Positions 1-13,561 of a stretch of 64,000 nucleotides of DNA are shown in pieces. Position numbers and translations under genes: made by a program. How positions within the stretch are numbered: position 1 is the first letter of the stretch; every line of letters begins with the position of its first letter. The stretch covers positions 6,758,001 to 6,822,000 of the forward strand of contig OZ024756.1 of the NCBI GenBank assembly GCA_964016885.1. Reading direction: 5' to 3'. The DNA comes from Eledone cirrhosa. Lineage: Eukaryota. The notes under the pieces were generated by a model, which searched no databases, had not been told where the DNA came from, and saw only the letters and a list, made by a program, of their open reading frames with translations.

Positions 1-1035
1 ACATACACTTATAAATACACACACACACACATAAACACACACACATAAATAAACATACACTTACAAATACACACACACACACACTTCAACACACATACAC
101 TTAAACATACACACACACACATCAACACACATACACTTATAAATACACACACATACACATCAACACACATACACCTATAAATACACAAACACACATCATC
201 ACACTCACATAAACTTATAAATACACACACACAGACATCAACACACATACACTTATAAATACACACACACACTTCAACACACATACACTTAAACATACAC
301 ACACACACATCAACACACATACACAGATAAATACACACACACACACATCAACACACATACACTTATAAACACACACACATCAACACGCATACACATATAA
401 ATACACACACATACATCAACACACACATCAACACACATACAATGATAGATATACACACACACACATCAACACACATACACTTATAAACACACACACATCA
501 ACACACATACACATCAACACATACACTTATAAACACACACATCAACACATACAATTATAACTACACACACACACACATCAACACACATACACTATAAATA
601 CACAAACACACATCAACACACACACATACACTTATAAATACACACACACACACATCAACACACATACACTTATAAATACACACACACACACATCAACACA
701 CATACATTTATAAATACACACACACACATAAACACACACACCTGAACACACATGTATTTATAAATACACACACACACTTGAACACACATACACTTATAGA
801 TAAACACACACACACACACACACACATAAACAGACAGAGAAAGAGAAAAGAGAGAGAGAGAGAGAGAGAGAGGGAGGAACGAGAGAGGGGGAGCGAAAGA
901 GAGAGCGGAGCGAAAGAGAGAGCGGAGCGAAAGAGAGAGCGGAGCGAAAATAAGACAGAGAGAGAGGGGGAGACACAAGGAAGAGAGAGGAGAGAAGCGA
1001 GAGCGGGGGGGGGGACGATGGAGAGGAATAGTGAG
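1..1035. repeat. CA-rich degenerate minisatellite followed by a GA-rich tract
   Basis: Recurring ACACATACACTTATAAATACACAC..ATCA units to about 830, then (GA)n with GAGCGAAAGAGAGAGCG units. Confidence 0.9.
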
Positions 1036-1222
1036 AGAGAGAGAGGGAGAGAGACATTTTCTAATTACTACCACCTACGGATCTCAATACTAAGGGCTTT
1101 GGTTTCCTTGGTGATGACACCCCTCTCGGCAATTGCTCTTTTGCTCTTCATTATATTCCACAGAATTTCAAATCTTAAACCTTTTGGCAAAAGTAACCAG
1201 CCATTAGTGAAATTATTGAATT

Positions 1223-2169
1223 AGGTGTGTGTGTTAGTTTGGGTGTGTGTGTTTGTGTTAGTTTGTGTGTGTGTGTGTGTGTATGTGTGTGTGTGTGTTA
1301 GTTTGGGTGTGTGTGTATGTGTTAGTTTGGGTGTGTGTGTATGTGTTAGTTTGGGTGTGTGTGTATGTGTTCGTTTGTGTCTGTGTGTGTGTCTGTATTA
1401 GTTTGTGTGTGTGTGTGTTAGTTTGGGTGTGTGTGTATGTGTTAGTTTGGGTGTGTGTGTGTTAGTTTGTGTGTGTGTGTGTGGTATTTTGGGTGTGTGT
1501 GTTTTAGTTTGGGGTGTGTGGTATTTTGGGTGTGTGTGTTTTAGTTTGGGGTGTCTGTGAGAGAGCTAGTTTGGAAGTGCTTGTGTGTGTGTGTGTGTGT
1601 GTTTGTGAGTTTATGTGTGTGTGTGCTTGTTTGAGTGTGTGTGTGTGAGTTAGTTTGGAGGTGTGTGTGAGTTAGTTTGGAGATGTGTGTGTGTGTTAGT
1701 TTGGAAGTGTGTGTGTGTGTTACTTTGGAAGTGTGTATGTGTGTGTGTTAGTTTGGAGGTGTGTGCGTGTGTGTTAGTTTGGAGGTGTGTGTGTGTTAGT
1801 TTGGAGGTGTGTGTTAGTTTGGACGTGTGTGTGTTTGTGTTAGTTTGGAGGTGTGTGCGTGTGTGTTAGTTTGGAGGTTTGTGTGTGTGTTTGTGTGTGT
1901 TAGTTTGGAGGTGTATGTGTGAGTTAGTTTGGAGGTGTGAGCGTGTGTGTTAGTTTGGAGGTGTGAGTGTGTGTTAGTTAGGTGTGTGTGTGTGTTAGTT
2001 TTGAGGTGTGTGTATGTGTTTGTGTGTGTTAGTTTGGAGGTGTGTGTGTGAGTTAGTTTGGAGGTGTGAGCGTGTGTGTTAGTTTGGAGGCGTGTGTGTT
2101 AGTTTGGAGGTGTGAGTGTGTGTTTGTGTGTGTTAGTTTGGAGGTGTGTGTGTGTGCGTGTTAGTTTGG
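1223..2169. repeat. GT-rich minisatellite (GTTAGTTTGGAG(GT)n) between 31-bp direct repeats
   Basis: Unit seen dozens of times; AGTAACCAGCCATTAGTGAAAT(T/C)ATTGAATT at 1192-1222 and 2170-2200. Confidence 0.9.
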
Positions 2170-2215
2170 AGTAACCAGCCATTAGTGAAATCATTGAATT
2201 TGCTTCATATCAATA

Positions 2216-2407
2216 TTTGTTTCTACTATTGGCAGAAGGCCAGCAATTACCCAGGCCATTACTGGTACTTTATTTTATCGACCCCCGTAAGGATGAAAGG
2301 CAAAGTTAACCTCGGCGGGATTTGAACTCAGAATGGAAAGGGATGTAACTCTTTGCGTCAAAGCATGGCGTCCGACCCTCTACCGATACTGCCAATTCAC
2401 CGCCCTG
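2216..2407 (-). mobile_element. tRNA-head SINE with 14-bp TSD
   Basis: A box TGGCAGTATCGG and B box GAGTTCAAATCC on minus strand; core GCCTTTCATCCTTACGGGGGTCGATAAAATAAAGTACCAG; TSD GCTTCATATCAATA at 2202-2215 and 2408-2421. Confidence 0.9.
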
Positions 2408-3003
2408 GCTTCATATCAATAATTGCTATAACATTTACACAGAAAGGTTTCAAAGTTTCGCCCTCAAAGCTTATCCTTCATACCAGGAGACAGGACTTAT
2501 ACGATACATGAAACATTATCTCCCTGCGTATCTCTGAGGTTGTTTAACGTGTGTCTATTGATTATGGAAAAATGAAGTGTAGAAAATTCTACAAAGAAAA
2601 AGACAATTGAATGACCAATAATTATTTACAATATCTATCTATCTAGCTATCTATCTCTCTATACATATATCGATCTAGCTGTCGTCTGTTCTACAGTGTG
2701 GATGTAATTCACTTCGCGCAGAAGTTTTGTTCAAATTTATTGCGGAAATTTTGTGAGTTCAAATTTAATTTTGATACGATTGTGTAGCTTGAACCCCCGT
2801 CTGAACTGCCAGGCGGTGGGTCAGCTCATCTTTACCCCTCCTAGAGGTGAAAAACCTGTTTTAAAAAATTTTGTGGCAAAAAAATTTCAATCGTCTAACA
2901 GAAATGTTAAACGCAGCGAACGAAAATAGTGGTGGGGGGACAGCGGTAAGAGTTGTAAGCTCGCACGCTTTAGTGCCCCCCTTCCTTCCCAACAAACGTC
3001 ATA

Positions 3004-4803
3004 GTGAAGGAAGGAAAAATTAAAATAAAAACAGACGAATCTGCGGAGAAAAAAAATGACGAAAACACAAATCTGGACATGGATTCCAACAACGAAAAAA
3101 AAAAATTTGAAAAATTGCATGACAATACTAATAACACAAACAAAGACACAACAAACACAAAAATAACATTTGAAAATAACACCATAACAGAAAGCAAAGC
3201 AGACGACAAGATTTCATTTGCACAGACAACAAAGAAATCTTTGACTTATATACCCGAAAATATTTCAGATGTGGCACGAAGAATCACAGACGCCAAACAA
3301 TACATAAGTGAAGGAGAGAATGGTATTGTATCGGTAAAAATGCCTCAAGAATTCACCAAAGACATTGAAAGCCGAACGGTCAAGTTCCGCACCATCAACA
3401 ACACTACAAACAAACCTGAACAACCTTCTCAAGCAGATATCAAAACAGTACTCACAGAAGTACTTAATGAAACCACTTTCATAAGAAAAGACAGACTGTA
3501 TGGAAGCCTAGCAATTATGATGAAGAACGAATCGGCGGCAAAAAAATGTGCTTTGTCACCGATTCGTTCGAAAAAATTTACCTTTTATCCATCTTATATG
3601 GGAAAAGAACTCAACGCATATGGCTGGATGCAATGATGCCAGATGTGGACTACTGCTGGCTCATAGCTGGCTTCATCGATCCAGTGAATGACAACGTGAT
3701 TTCCATTGGGAAAACCACAGGCAATGCGTTCAGTGGAACAGGTATAGAGCTGGTAGTGCAAATGAAGCCTGAACGCATCGCCCAAATACCCGACAGAATC
3801 CTATTAGAGGGCCACGGGTATATAAACATTAGCGTGGAGGGGAGAAGGCCGTCCTGCCATATCTGTGCAGGCAGAGGGCACCTGAAGGCCGCTTGTCCCC
3901 AACTCAACAAAAAAGAAAACCCTGCTACCAACACCAGCTCCACCACCACCACCACAACAGATAAACAAACAACAAAACTCAGTCCCACCCAACCCGTCCC
4001 TCAGTAAAACCACACCACCACCACAACACAAACAGTCACAACACATTACCCCAAAACAAAATACAGGCCCACCCAACCTCTCACTCAATAAAACAACACA
4101 ACCACCGCAAACACAACACACAACACAGTCTAACATAGTGACATCCATCTCCCCCACAAAGAAAACCAACACGGAAACATTACCAGCAAACATACCTCTT
4201 CCCTCCAACACTGAAGATAACCCAACGAATTCGGAGGAAGAAACGGAGTCCTTCAGACAGATTAAAAGGAAAAAAAGAAAACATGTGCAAAACACACAAG
4301 GCCAAACAACCCCCACCCAAATCTCAACACAATCGAACAAAACAGAAAACACCCCTCCAGCAACAAACAAAACCAAACCTGCCCCTCCCCTCTTCGAAAC
4401 ACTCACACCATCCGAAAAAAAGACATTATACTATACTTACATCAACAGAAACAATAATAAATTAAATGAACTCATAAACAATAATCCTTCGGTACAAACC
4501 GAAGCTGTAAACTTTGTTTCTTCAGAAAACTACCCACATTTAAAATTAATAAAGATCCCCATGAACCTCTACCAAAAACTAAAAAAGGATTTTAAGGAGG
4601 ACGTAGGACCACCCTCTGTCAAACCCATAAACCGCGTCCTACTAAAAAGCTTTCCCCCTCCCCTTCCCCTCTCCAACACAACTCCAAACACCCCAACCCC
4701 ACCACACACTGACGACCCCACACCACCACAAGACACCCCTTCACCCAACACCCCCGACCCCATGGAAGTCGTGCAACCCGAACCCCGGGAAGCGGAAAGG
4801 TAG
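3004..4803 (+). pseudogene. LINE copy 1 ORF1 (nucleic-acid binding, CCHC knuckle), frameshifted
   Basis: ORF pieces 3004-3636, 3546-4007 and 4138-4803 are colinear with ORF1 of copy 2; CHICAGRGHLKAAC fits CX2CX4HX4C; frameshift near 3605 and another around 3950-4010. Confidence 0.85.
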
Positions 4804-4836
4804 GTCTCTACACTCTCCTTTGGCTCTGCTGCCCAC

Positions 4837-7800
4837 ATGGATGTGTTAAGAGTAGGATGGTTGAATGCACGTGGCCTGGGCTCAACTTGGAAGCAAGCAA
4901 AGCTTCTAAATGACCTCAGGTCATGTAGTATAAATGTAATGGTTATCTGTGAGACTCGAATCAGCGTCGTGCGGCAGCTGGCCCCCACCTTCGATGACTT
5001 TGAGGTGCATGCATCTCTCTGTCAACCTGGAGGTGGGGGTGGGGTTGTCGTACTGCTGAAAAAACACCTGGGTCTTGCCGTGCAGGTTGTGCACTCGGAC
5101 CCGGAGGGTCGTTTGTTGGTGCTAGACGTTGGCAGTAGTGAAAGTGCGGCCTTGAGACTGGTCGCCGTCTACTCCCCTTTCGGAGCTGAACGGCCCGACT
5201 TCTTCCAGCGTTTGGAGACTTTTCTGGGAACGTCGCGTTCCCTGCTTCTAGCGGGGGATTGGAATGACATCCTAGATGCTCGTTGGGACTATGCAGGAGC
5301 ATGTCCTAATAGAGGGGGGTGTAACAGCCTCAAGGGGTTACTCGACCGTTTTAACTTGGTCGATAGATATCGACTAGATTTTCCAACTGTGCCTACCTGG
5401 ACTTGGAGAAACCACAGTGGTCAATCTAGATCGTACTTAGATAGATTCTTAGTTAGAAGTAAGGATAGGGACATATTAAGCTGTCCAGAAATGCGCACGG
5501 TTGGCTACACGGATCACAAATTAGTGACCTGCGTAGTCAATCTTGAGAAAACACATAAACAGGGTCCCGGTTACTGGAAACTTAATTTGTCTTTACCGGC
5601 AAAAGAGACTTACAGAAACCGGATTAGCAGATTAGTTAAGGAGAGGTTGACGGGTGCAATCGTCAACAACCGATGGTGGGCATCTCTCAAAAGAGAGATT
5701 AAAACAGAATCAATAAGTTATAGCAAGATGTTAGCTGCCGATAGGAATAGAAACGAGAAAGAATTAACAGGTAAATTAGAAGAGGCAATCAAGAGCGAAG
5801 ATGTGGCCAGAGTGCTGGCTCGAGGACGGCCTTGAACCAGTTTTTCGATGCAAAGCACGAAGGCTGCGTCATTCGAAGTAAAATACGTGCTCTAGGTAAT
5901 GAGGGGGCCAAAGCCGTTGGCTGGGCCCGCGTGACAGAAGCTAAGAGTGGAAATCGATCCACCATCCGGTCTTTGCAAGACGAAGATGGACGGGTGATCC
6001 GGGAGCCTAAGCAGATGTGCGAGGCCTTTCAAAGGCACTTTGCCCGATTGTTCGGGGGAGGCGAGGGTCCGGGCGGGGGCGTGGATTTCGGTCCATACCT
6101 CGACGGCCTGCCGCGTCTCTCGAGCGAAGAGGCAGAGTCCTGCGAGGGATCAATCTCGGCTGATGAGATCGGAGATGCGCTGAGCCAATGCAGCAGACAC
6201 AAATCTCCAGGTCTCGACGGTATACCTTACGAACTTTATTTAGCAATGCTGGTCTTCTTCTCCGAACTCCTCGAAGCGGTCTACTGCAATTGGCGGCAGA
6301 ACGGGAGAATTCCTTGTTCTGTAGCCAAGGGCGTAGTCACGCTGGTGAGGAAGGACGAGAACAAGGGAGATAGTATAAATAATTTTCGGCCCATAAACCT
6401 GCTAAACACAGAGTTAAAGATTTTGGCCAAGGTGTTAGCAAAGAGGTTGGCGCTTGTCGTGGGTGGCCTGGTGGGAGATGCGCAGACATGTGCTATCCCA
6501 TCCAGGTCCATTCACGATAACCTCCACCTCATGCGATACATCATAGAGAGGGTTGGCAACAAACCCGGCTTCGGTGGGGCCCTGATCAACTTGGATCAGT
6601 CTAAGGCCTTCGATAGGGTCGACCATGGTTACCTGGATGCGGTGCTAGCGGCGGCTGGGTTCGGTCCTGTTTTCAGAGGCTGGATCACTGCCTTACATAG
6701 CAACCACATCTGTTCTAGGAACAAGGTGAACGGCTACCTTTCGAAGCCGTTCGAAATCACACGATCCATTCGACAGGGGTGCCCTCTCTCCTCCCTTCTG
6801 TACGTATTGACTCTCGAGCCTTTACTGAGGAAGTTGGAGTTGTTGCAGGGTAACCCCCTGGAACCAGGATTGAGCAAAGCTTTGTCGGCCTACGCCGATG
6901 ACGTAACAGTAATGGTATCGACCGACTCGGAGATCGAGGCGATCGGTACCTTACGAAAGGATTACGAAAGGTTGTCAGGAGCGAAACTGAACCGGGAAAA
7001 ATCCATCGGGCTGCAACTCGGAACGTGGAGAGGCAGACCGATGCCTCCTGACGGTGTTGTCGGTCACTGGACGGAGGGCCCGGTAAAGTTGCTTGGGGTC
7101 TGGTTTGGACCGGACCTCCAGGTGGAAAAGGACTGGATCGAGGTTACGAACAAGGTGTTTGCACTAACCCAGAAATGGGCCAAGTGTAAGCTGTCCCTAA
7201 AAGGCCGGGCGGAGGTGGCGAACATTTACATAGCGTCCGTCACTTACTACCGCCTGACTGTCGTGCCTTGCCCTAAGGAAACACTCACCACCATGGAACG
7301 CATGCTCTTCCAATTTCTTTGGAAGAAGCGCCCTCCTATGGTGAGAAGATCCATCTGCTGCCAACAACCTTCGAAAGGAGGGCTGGGGATTCTGTGGTTG
7401 ATGATGCGTAGGCACGCATTAAGGCTACGGCACCTACAGGTATTCCTCACTGGTCAACCGGTGTGGGCTCCGTTCGTGAAACGAGCCTTTCCGAGACTCG
7501 TCTCGCTCACCGAGCTACAGTCCTGGGTCAAGCAAAGATCCGGAAAACTGGGAGACTTGCACACTGAGTGTGCTCAGGCGCTCAGGGCTCTCTGGCAAGC
7601 GGGCCAGGCCATCGGTGGAGAATCCACCTCATCATTCTATAGAGGGCTGGTGGCTAGCAGGGGCGATGACACCCTTGGAGAGTCGCTGGACATGGAAGAA
7701 GACGAACTGGCCAGCCTGTTCGGTAGGACTTTCAGCCCAGGACCAATGGACAACTTCCAGAAGTCACTGGCCTGGCAGTGCTACCGGGGGGCTCTACCCG

Positions 7801-8273
7801 TTCGAGAGAGGCTCTACAGACACGGGCGCCCGGGCAGGGATCCCTCAAAAAAGATTTGCCCTAGATGCGTGCGTCACGAAGAAACCGTTGCGCACGCATT
7901 GGTGCAATGTCCGGGCGTGGCTGATCTGTGGGGCTACGCCGAACGACTGCTGTCGCGGGTGGCGCCGATTCAATTGACCGCCGAGTCCGTGATGACAATC
8001 AAACCGCCTCCCATCTTCACAAAGGAAGCAAAGGCGGTTTTTCTGTGCGTAATAGCCATGTTGAAAGAGGTTGTTTGGTGGACACAATTGAAAGGTCTGA
8101 GGTCAGGCAACTTCCTCTCTGGCCATAGTCTGGTCTACTTCTTCCGATATCACTTCGGAAGAAGGATAAGAATGGAGAGAGAGGTGCTTGGCCACAGGCA
8201 GTTTTATAAAAGGTGGGTGATAGTGGCGAAAATGGATCGTGTAAATGGGCCTTCTCTGTATACCATCCTGTAG
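4837..8273 (+). pseudogene. LINE copy 1 ORF2: AP endonuclease + reverse transcriptase + C-terminal CCHC, one frameshift near 5820
   Basis: APE motifs LNARGL, ICET, GDWN, YLDRF, TDH; RT motifs KSPGLDG, FRPINLLN, KAFDRV, QGCPLS, YADD; CPRC..ETVAHALVQC. Confidence 0.95.
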
Positions 8274-8502
8274 GTAAAGAAGTAAGGGAGAGGGAGCACC
8301 TTCTCCATGTGCTCCCCGGGCAAAGGATTGCACACTTTTTCGTGGGTGTGTGCAACCCCCATCACGTCCCCTCCCTTTTGAGGTTATTTTCGATTATTTT
8401 CCTGTTACACCCTTTTTACTCGATTGTATGTAAACTCCCCCTTTGTATTTGTCCCTTCTTTTTATGCCTTTATGGTAAATAAAGAAATATATCTATCTAT
8501 AT

Positions 8503-8560
<58 letters not shown>

Positions 8561-8894
8561 TTTCTGAATTTGTTTAGCAAGATTCTTTATCTGAAATCGT
8601 GTGTTGAAACCGATATCTGGTTGTGGAATCAACCAACCAACCAGAAATTTATAAATTTATAAATTTGTAAATTTATGAATATATAATAAATTGAAGTGAA
8701 TGCAACTGGTGCGTGTGTTTCTTATTGGCAACATGACCCTCCCAAAGTATAACAATATATATATATATATATATATGCAAAAGTTCTATTTAAAATTGTT
8801 GGGATACAACAAGTAAATATTTTATAACTGATACAAAGCACTCGACAAGTTTTTGGAGTAGATATACGATATTAAAAAAACTGTATATATATTG

Positions 8895-8959
8895 TATTTT
8901 GTCTGATGAAGGCATACCATATTTTAATTTGGTATCCCTGAAATATGTATAATGAAATA
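8895..8959 (+). ncRNA. Type I hammerhead ribozyme motif (family A)
   Basis: TATTTTGT-CTGATGA-stem II (ATACCA/TGGTAT)-GAAA-TATGTA-TA-ATGAAATA inside a roughly 220-bp element between (TA)n tracts. Confidence 0.75.
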
Positions 8960-8999
8960 AATATGGTTTTATAAATATAGTTTCCATTTATTTAATATC

Positions 9000-9070
<71 letters not shown>

Positions 9071-9072
<2 letters not shown>

Positions 9073-9455
9073 CAAAAAGGAATATTCAATTTGTTGACAA
9101 TTCAACAAATATAAAGGTTTATAACTGATTCAGAGCACTCGACAGTTTTCTGGAGTATAATATTCAATGATATTAAATAAATGGAAACTATATTTATAAA
9201 ACCATTATATTCTATTATATATATTTCAAGGGTACCAACATTTGGAACGCTTTCATCAGATAAAATAAGTTAACTATCCAAGGAAAACTTGAACCGTTAA
9301 GGAATTTTTCTTGGTTATGTGAAAATTTATAAAACAAAGTTTGTATTTTATCTGATGAAAGCGTACCAAAGTTTTGGTACCCTTGTAATATGTATAATAG
9401 AATAAATATGGTTTTATAAATATAGCTTCCATTTATTTAATATCATTGAATTGTA
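9071..9455. mobile_element. Family A hammerhead element with inverted duplication
   Basis: Inverted arms about 9165-9267 and 9344-9450; hammerhead 9208-9267 (minus, intact core) and 9344-9404 (plus, GAAA changed to GTAA); flanked by (TA)n. Confidence 0.75.
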
Positions 9456-9531
9456 TATATATATATATATATACATTATAAAGTGAAATGACAGGAGGCC
9501 AAATATGTTGAATTTCCTTAATTTATATATA

Positions 9532-9984
9532 TACTAGCAGAGGTACCCGGCGTTGCTCGGATATTAAATAGCAGTTGTGTATACCATTTGTATCAATACT
9601 TCAGTGCTGCTTCGAAAAGTATACTTTTACAAAATCATCGGCTTTTTCCAAAAGGTTGTTCCTGCCCCCAGGGGTTCCCTACCTAATATGTGCCAATTCT
9701 GAGAGTTCACATTCATCTGTAGGACAAACGTAGCCCATGTCTCAAGTATTGTGAAAATCAGTTGCGAACTCCAGAAGTTATGACGTTTTGTTGCATTGCA
9801 CTGCAGTGCTTCAGTCGACTCCAAGGATGTGGTTAAAATGGTTATCTGCCGGTGTGCCTTATAATCAATATCTGGAAAAATGACAGTGCCCATGACCATC
9901 CGGAGTACATAAGTAACCAATGTCTTAAGTTTGGTGAAAATACTCTAGAAATGCATGAGGTTTATACATACGCGCGTGCGTTCG

Positions 9985-10015
<31 letters not shown>

Positions 10016-11025
10016 ATGTATTTGTGTGTGCGTATGTATGTGTGTGGGGGGGTTGTGTATGTATTTGTGTGTGCGTATATATGTGTATGTCCGTCGGAGC
10101 ATACGTATGTACTGGCCTAAATCTTCACTATTTAATTTTACTATTTTAATAACTTCTGTCATTTTCGTTTTCAATTTTATTTACATCATTCTTAAACTCC
10201 GGGGCTGGAAATCATTCTGTTATTTTAAATAGTATATTAGTCTAACGACTCCATTTATACCATAAATTTGGTCTTGTCTTTGGATGAAATTCTTCTTCAG
10301 GCTCCACATAACGACGTATTATCCTCACTTTTTTGGCGTTAATTGCCAGAGAACATCTTCACGAACCAAAATATTGTTTTCCTGTTTTCGTTCGGTTGCA
10401 ACGTTTCTCGAAATATTTACTTCTGCGTTCACAGATTACTCTCAGTTCAATTTGAATGGGAAATTCCTGTTTCATCGATTTCCTCCGTAACCATGGAAGC
10501 TTGTAGTAGCCAAAAGTTTATTAACAGCGAAATAACGTTGTGTTTGATATGTTATTTTAAATAAGACAATGACTTGAAAAATACTACTTACTGTTAGTGG
10601 TGGTTAACATGTATTAGAAATAAAATGAAAATGATATCTAAAAAAACGTACTTGAGAACATGACACCCTTCTTCGCATTTTAAGGGTTTTATATCTTTTG
10701 AAGGAAAACAGTGACCGTTTTCGGATTGGCATTTCGTAAAATGGTACTGTATGTTAACAGCGAAAGAAAGCTGCGAAAGAACGCAGCGAAATAAATTGAT
10801 GAGTTAGTATTAGAACAGGGGGAAATAACTCACCGAACGCGATAGTTTTGGGGCCCCAAGGGACCACATTTTTCAAGTTAGTGATTTGAACCCTCGTCTA
10901 TTTGCTTCCTTGGCACTTTTTACATAGGTATGTAAATTTGCATGTCAGTCCGACCACGTCTACTACCATTTAACCGTGCACATCTGAATTTCAACCACCG
11001 CCCATTTCACAATAATATATTAGAT
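9532..11025 (+). mobile_element. Non-autonomous Helentron/DINE-1-like rolling-circle element
   Basis: Starts TACTAGCAGAGGTACCCGGCGTTGCTCGG, ends AATAATATATTAGAT, internal (GT)n; an inverted relative lies at 18362-20097. Family call is from terminal motif resemblance only. Confidence 0.55.
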
Positions 11026-11098
11026 ATATACATATATACACACACACGCAGACACACACACAGTCACACACACATATACACACACATACACACACACG

Positions 11099-11138
<40 letters not shown>

Positions 11139-11357
11139 AACAAATAGAGGTGTGACACACGAGTTGTGGTATATTAGTAAAAAGGAAAAAAAAATGGTGA
11201 TAATTTTTTCTCAGTGAAAAATAGTTTAATTAGGAATAAGTATAAATTACTAATAAGTATTAGTTAGTATTCAGTTTTAGTTTTAAGTTTTTACCGGTTG
11301 CGCATTTCTTATGCTTTTCAAAAATAATGTTGAGATAGATTGCTCGTGATTTTTGCA

Positions 11358-11408
<51 letters not shown>

Positions 11409-11411
<3 letters not shown>

Positions 11412-12106
11412 CAAGGTTTAGCAAATAAGAAAAAGTTTCAAAATAAATTTCAAAAAATTCACTGTACTCACTATGGTTACCTTTGCCGAATCGTTTTCGA
11501 GTCTCAAAAGTAAAAGGACAGTCCTTGCGGCCTTCCACTGAAAAGATAAACTATCGTCAGAAGGTTCTTTTCACTCGGAGAATATAAAATTCCCGAGTTC
11601 AAATTACGAACTGGCGCTATTCAAAATTGTTCCCGAGATGAGAATGAATGATGTGGAAGCAATTCTGTCCAGTGCGGTGTGTGAAGATAGAAGTAGAGGC
11701 AGGGAGGTCAATCTACTACCACTATAAATAGCAGCAGTCAGAACGACTAAATTTTATCTCGACCAAGATGAGTATAATAATAATAAAGTATATATCCCTA
11801 CACGCAAAAAGCATCCAGGGACACATGTATTGTCCAACCATATGCCAATGTGGTTCAATGGAAGGTTAATAAATTAACGAGCCAGAACATATATAATCAA
11901 GGTTTAGCAAATAAGAAAAAGTTTCAAAATAAATTTCAAAACATTCACTGTACTTACTATGGTTACCTTTACCGAATCGGTTGTGAGTCTCAAAAATAAA
12001 TGGTCAGTCCTTGCAGCCTTCCATTGAAAAGATAAACTCTCGTCAGAAGGTTCTTTTCACTCGGAGAATATAAAATTCCCGAGTTCAAATTACGAACTGG
12101 CGCTAT
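11409..12106 (-). mobile_element. 486-bp-period hammerhead element (about 1.4-mer; retrozyme or Penelope pLTR-like)
   Basis: 212-bp direct repeat at 11409-11620 and 11895-12106; each carries a minus-strand motif with consensus CCTT-CTGACGA-GAGT..ACTC-GAAA-CCG ATT CGG-TA-AAGG (11480-11564, 11966-12050). Confidence 0.75.
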
Positions 12107-12115
12107 ATATATATA

Positions 12116-12861
12116 TTGGTAAAAGGAAAAGAAAATGCTGACAAATTGTTCCCAGTGAAAAATAGTTTAATTAGGAATAAGTAAAAATTAGTAATAGTAT
12201 TGGTTAGTATTCAGTTTTGGTTTTAAGTTTTTACCGGTTGCGTATTTCTAATGCTTTTCAAAAATAATTTTGAGATAGAGCGCCCGGGATGTTTGCTCTA
12301 ATCTGATTAGTTTGGGAAATTCTACCTGTTTTATGTGAAAAAAGTGGCTCCAGATATATTAAAACTTATTTCGCGCCAATTCGTGTTGCAAAAATTCTTG
12401 TGGTCAAAACAATTTTGATTGGTTGGTAGAGGTCATGTGAATGTTAAAAATTGATTTAGCGCCAAGTGTAGGTTTGTCTCTGCTGATTGAGAAGTCACTG
12501 AAAAATAAGTCTTTTAAGACAAATATGTGTGTGTGTGTGTGTAGTAGTAAAGAGGTTCATTGTTGTGATAATGGTCAGTAGGGATGTGTGTGTGAATTGC
12601 AGTCATGTTGACAGGTCAACAGTTCAGGTGCCTATTAAGACAAGTGTGTGTGTGTGTGTGTCTGTGTGTGTAGCAGAGTAATTCGTGGTAGAGGGATCGG
12701 ACAGTAGGAATGTGTCTGTACGTGTGTGGGGGGTAATATTTTAACATGTTAATGATATTTGTCAGCTCTTGTCTTATACGGAGAAGTGTGTGTGTGTATA
12801 TGTCTCTTTGTATGTTAGTGTACGCGTGTGTATGTGTGTGTGTATATATGTGTGTATATGT

Positions 12862-12915
<54 letters not shown>

Positions 12916-12930
12916 ACCAGTATTTTTGTG
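12116..12930 (-). mobile_element. Penelope-like long 3' region (family B, diverged paralogue of 15311-16320)
   Basis: Colinear motifs with 15311-16320; first about 190 bp also repeated at about 11170-11360. Confidence 0.5.
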
Positions 12931-13446
12931 ATACTGGTAAAAATGTTGTACATTATTCGATATTTTCAGTAAAAAACGATTCTCTCAATAGAACATCAAA
13001 AATCTTAATAATAAAAGGTGTGAAATGATATATAGTATTGTCATAACACCAAGGTGTGTGTGACTTGCATACTTATTTATATATATATATATATGTGCGC
13101 TAAACAGTCTTTTTAAATATTTTGAAGTGAAACACCAATTTTTCTGGTGCTTGGTGAGGAGATACAAATGCGGTATTCTTTCACTTTCATTTTTCGAAAT
13201 TTATTTGGATTTTAAGGTTTAAACCAGTCTAAGGAACAGGTTTGATTTTGAAATTTAAATTTGTCCAAGCACCACGGAAATTTGCCAATATGCTTTGTTT
13301 TTATTGATTTATTATTTTAAATCGAGACAGGCAAACTGTATTATTATAATTAGTATTTTTCAATCTATCTAACTTAGTCATTTACAATACAAACATAGAT
13401 ATGTTGGTATTTGTGTTTATCAAATATATTAATTTATATTAACTTG

Positions 13447-13519
<73 letters not shown>

Positions 13520-13561
13520 CAGAATATTAATAAATAAAGACATTCACATAATCAAAATATA

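Larger units (their letters stand above)
2678..8486 (+). mobile_element. Full-length L1/Tx1-clade non-LTR retrotransposon (LINE copy 1)
   Basis: 5' UTR, zinc-knuckle ORF1, APE-RT-CCHC ORF2, 3' end AATAAAGAA; candidate 13-bp TSD ATATATC(G/T)ATCTA at 2665-2677 and 8487-8499. Confidence 0.93.
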
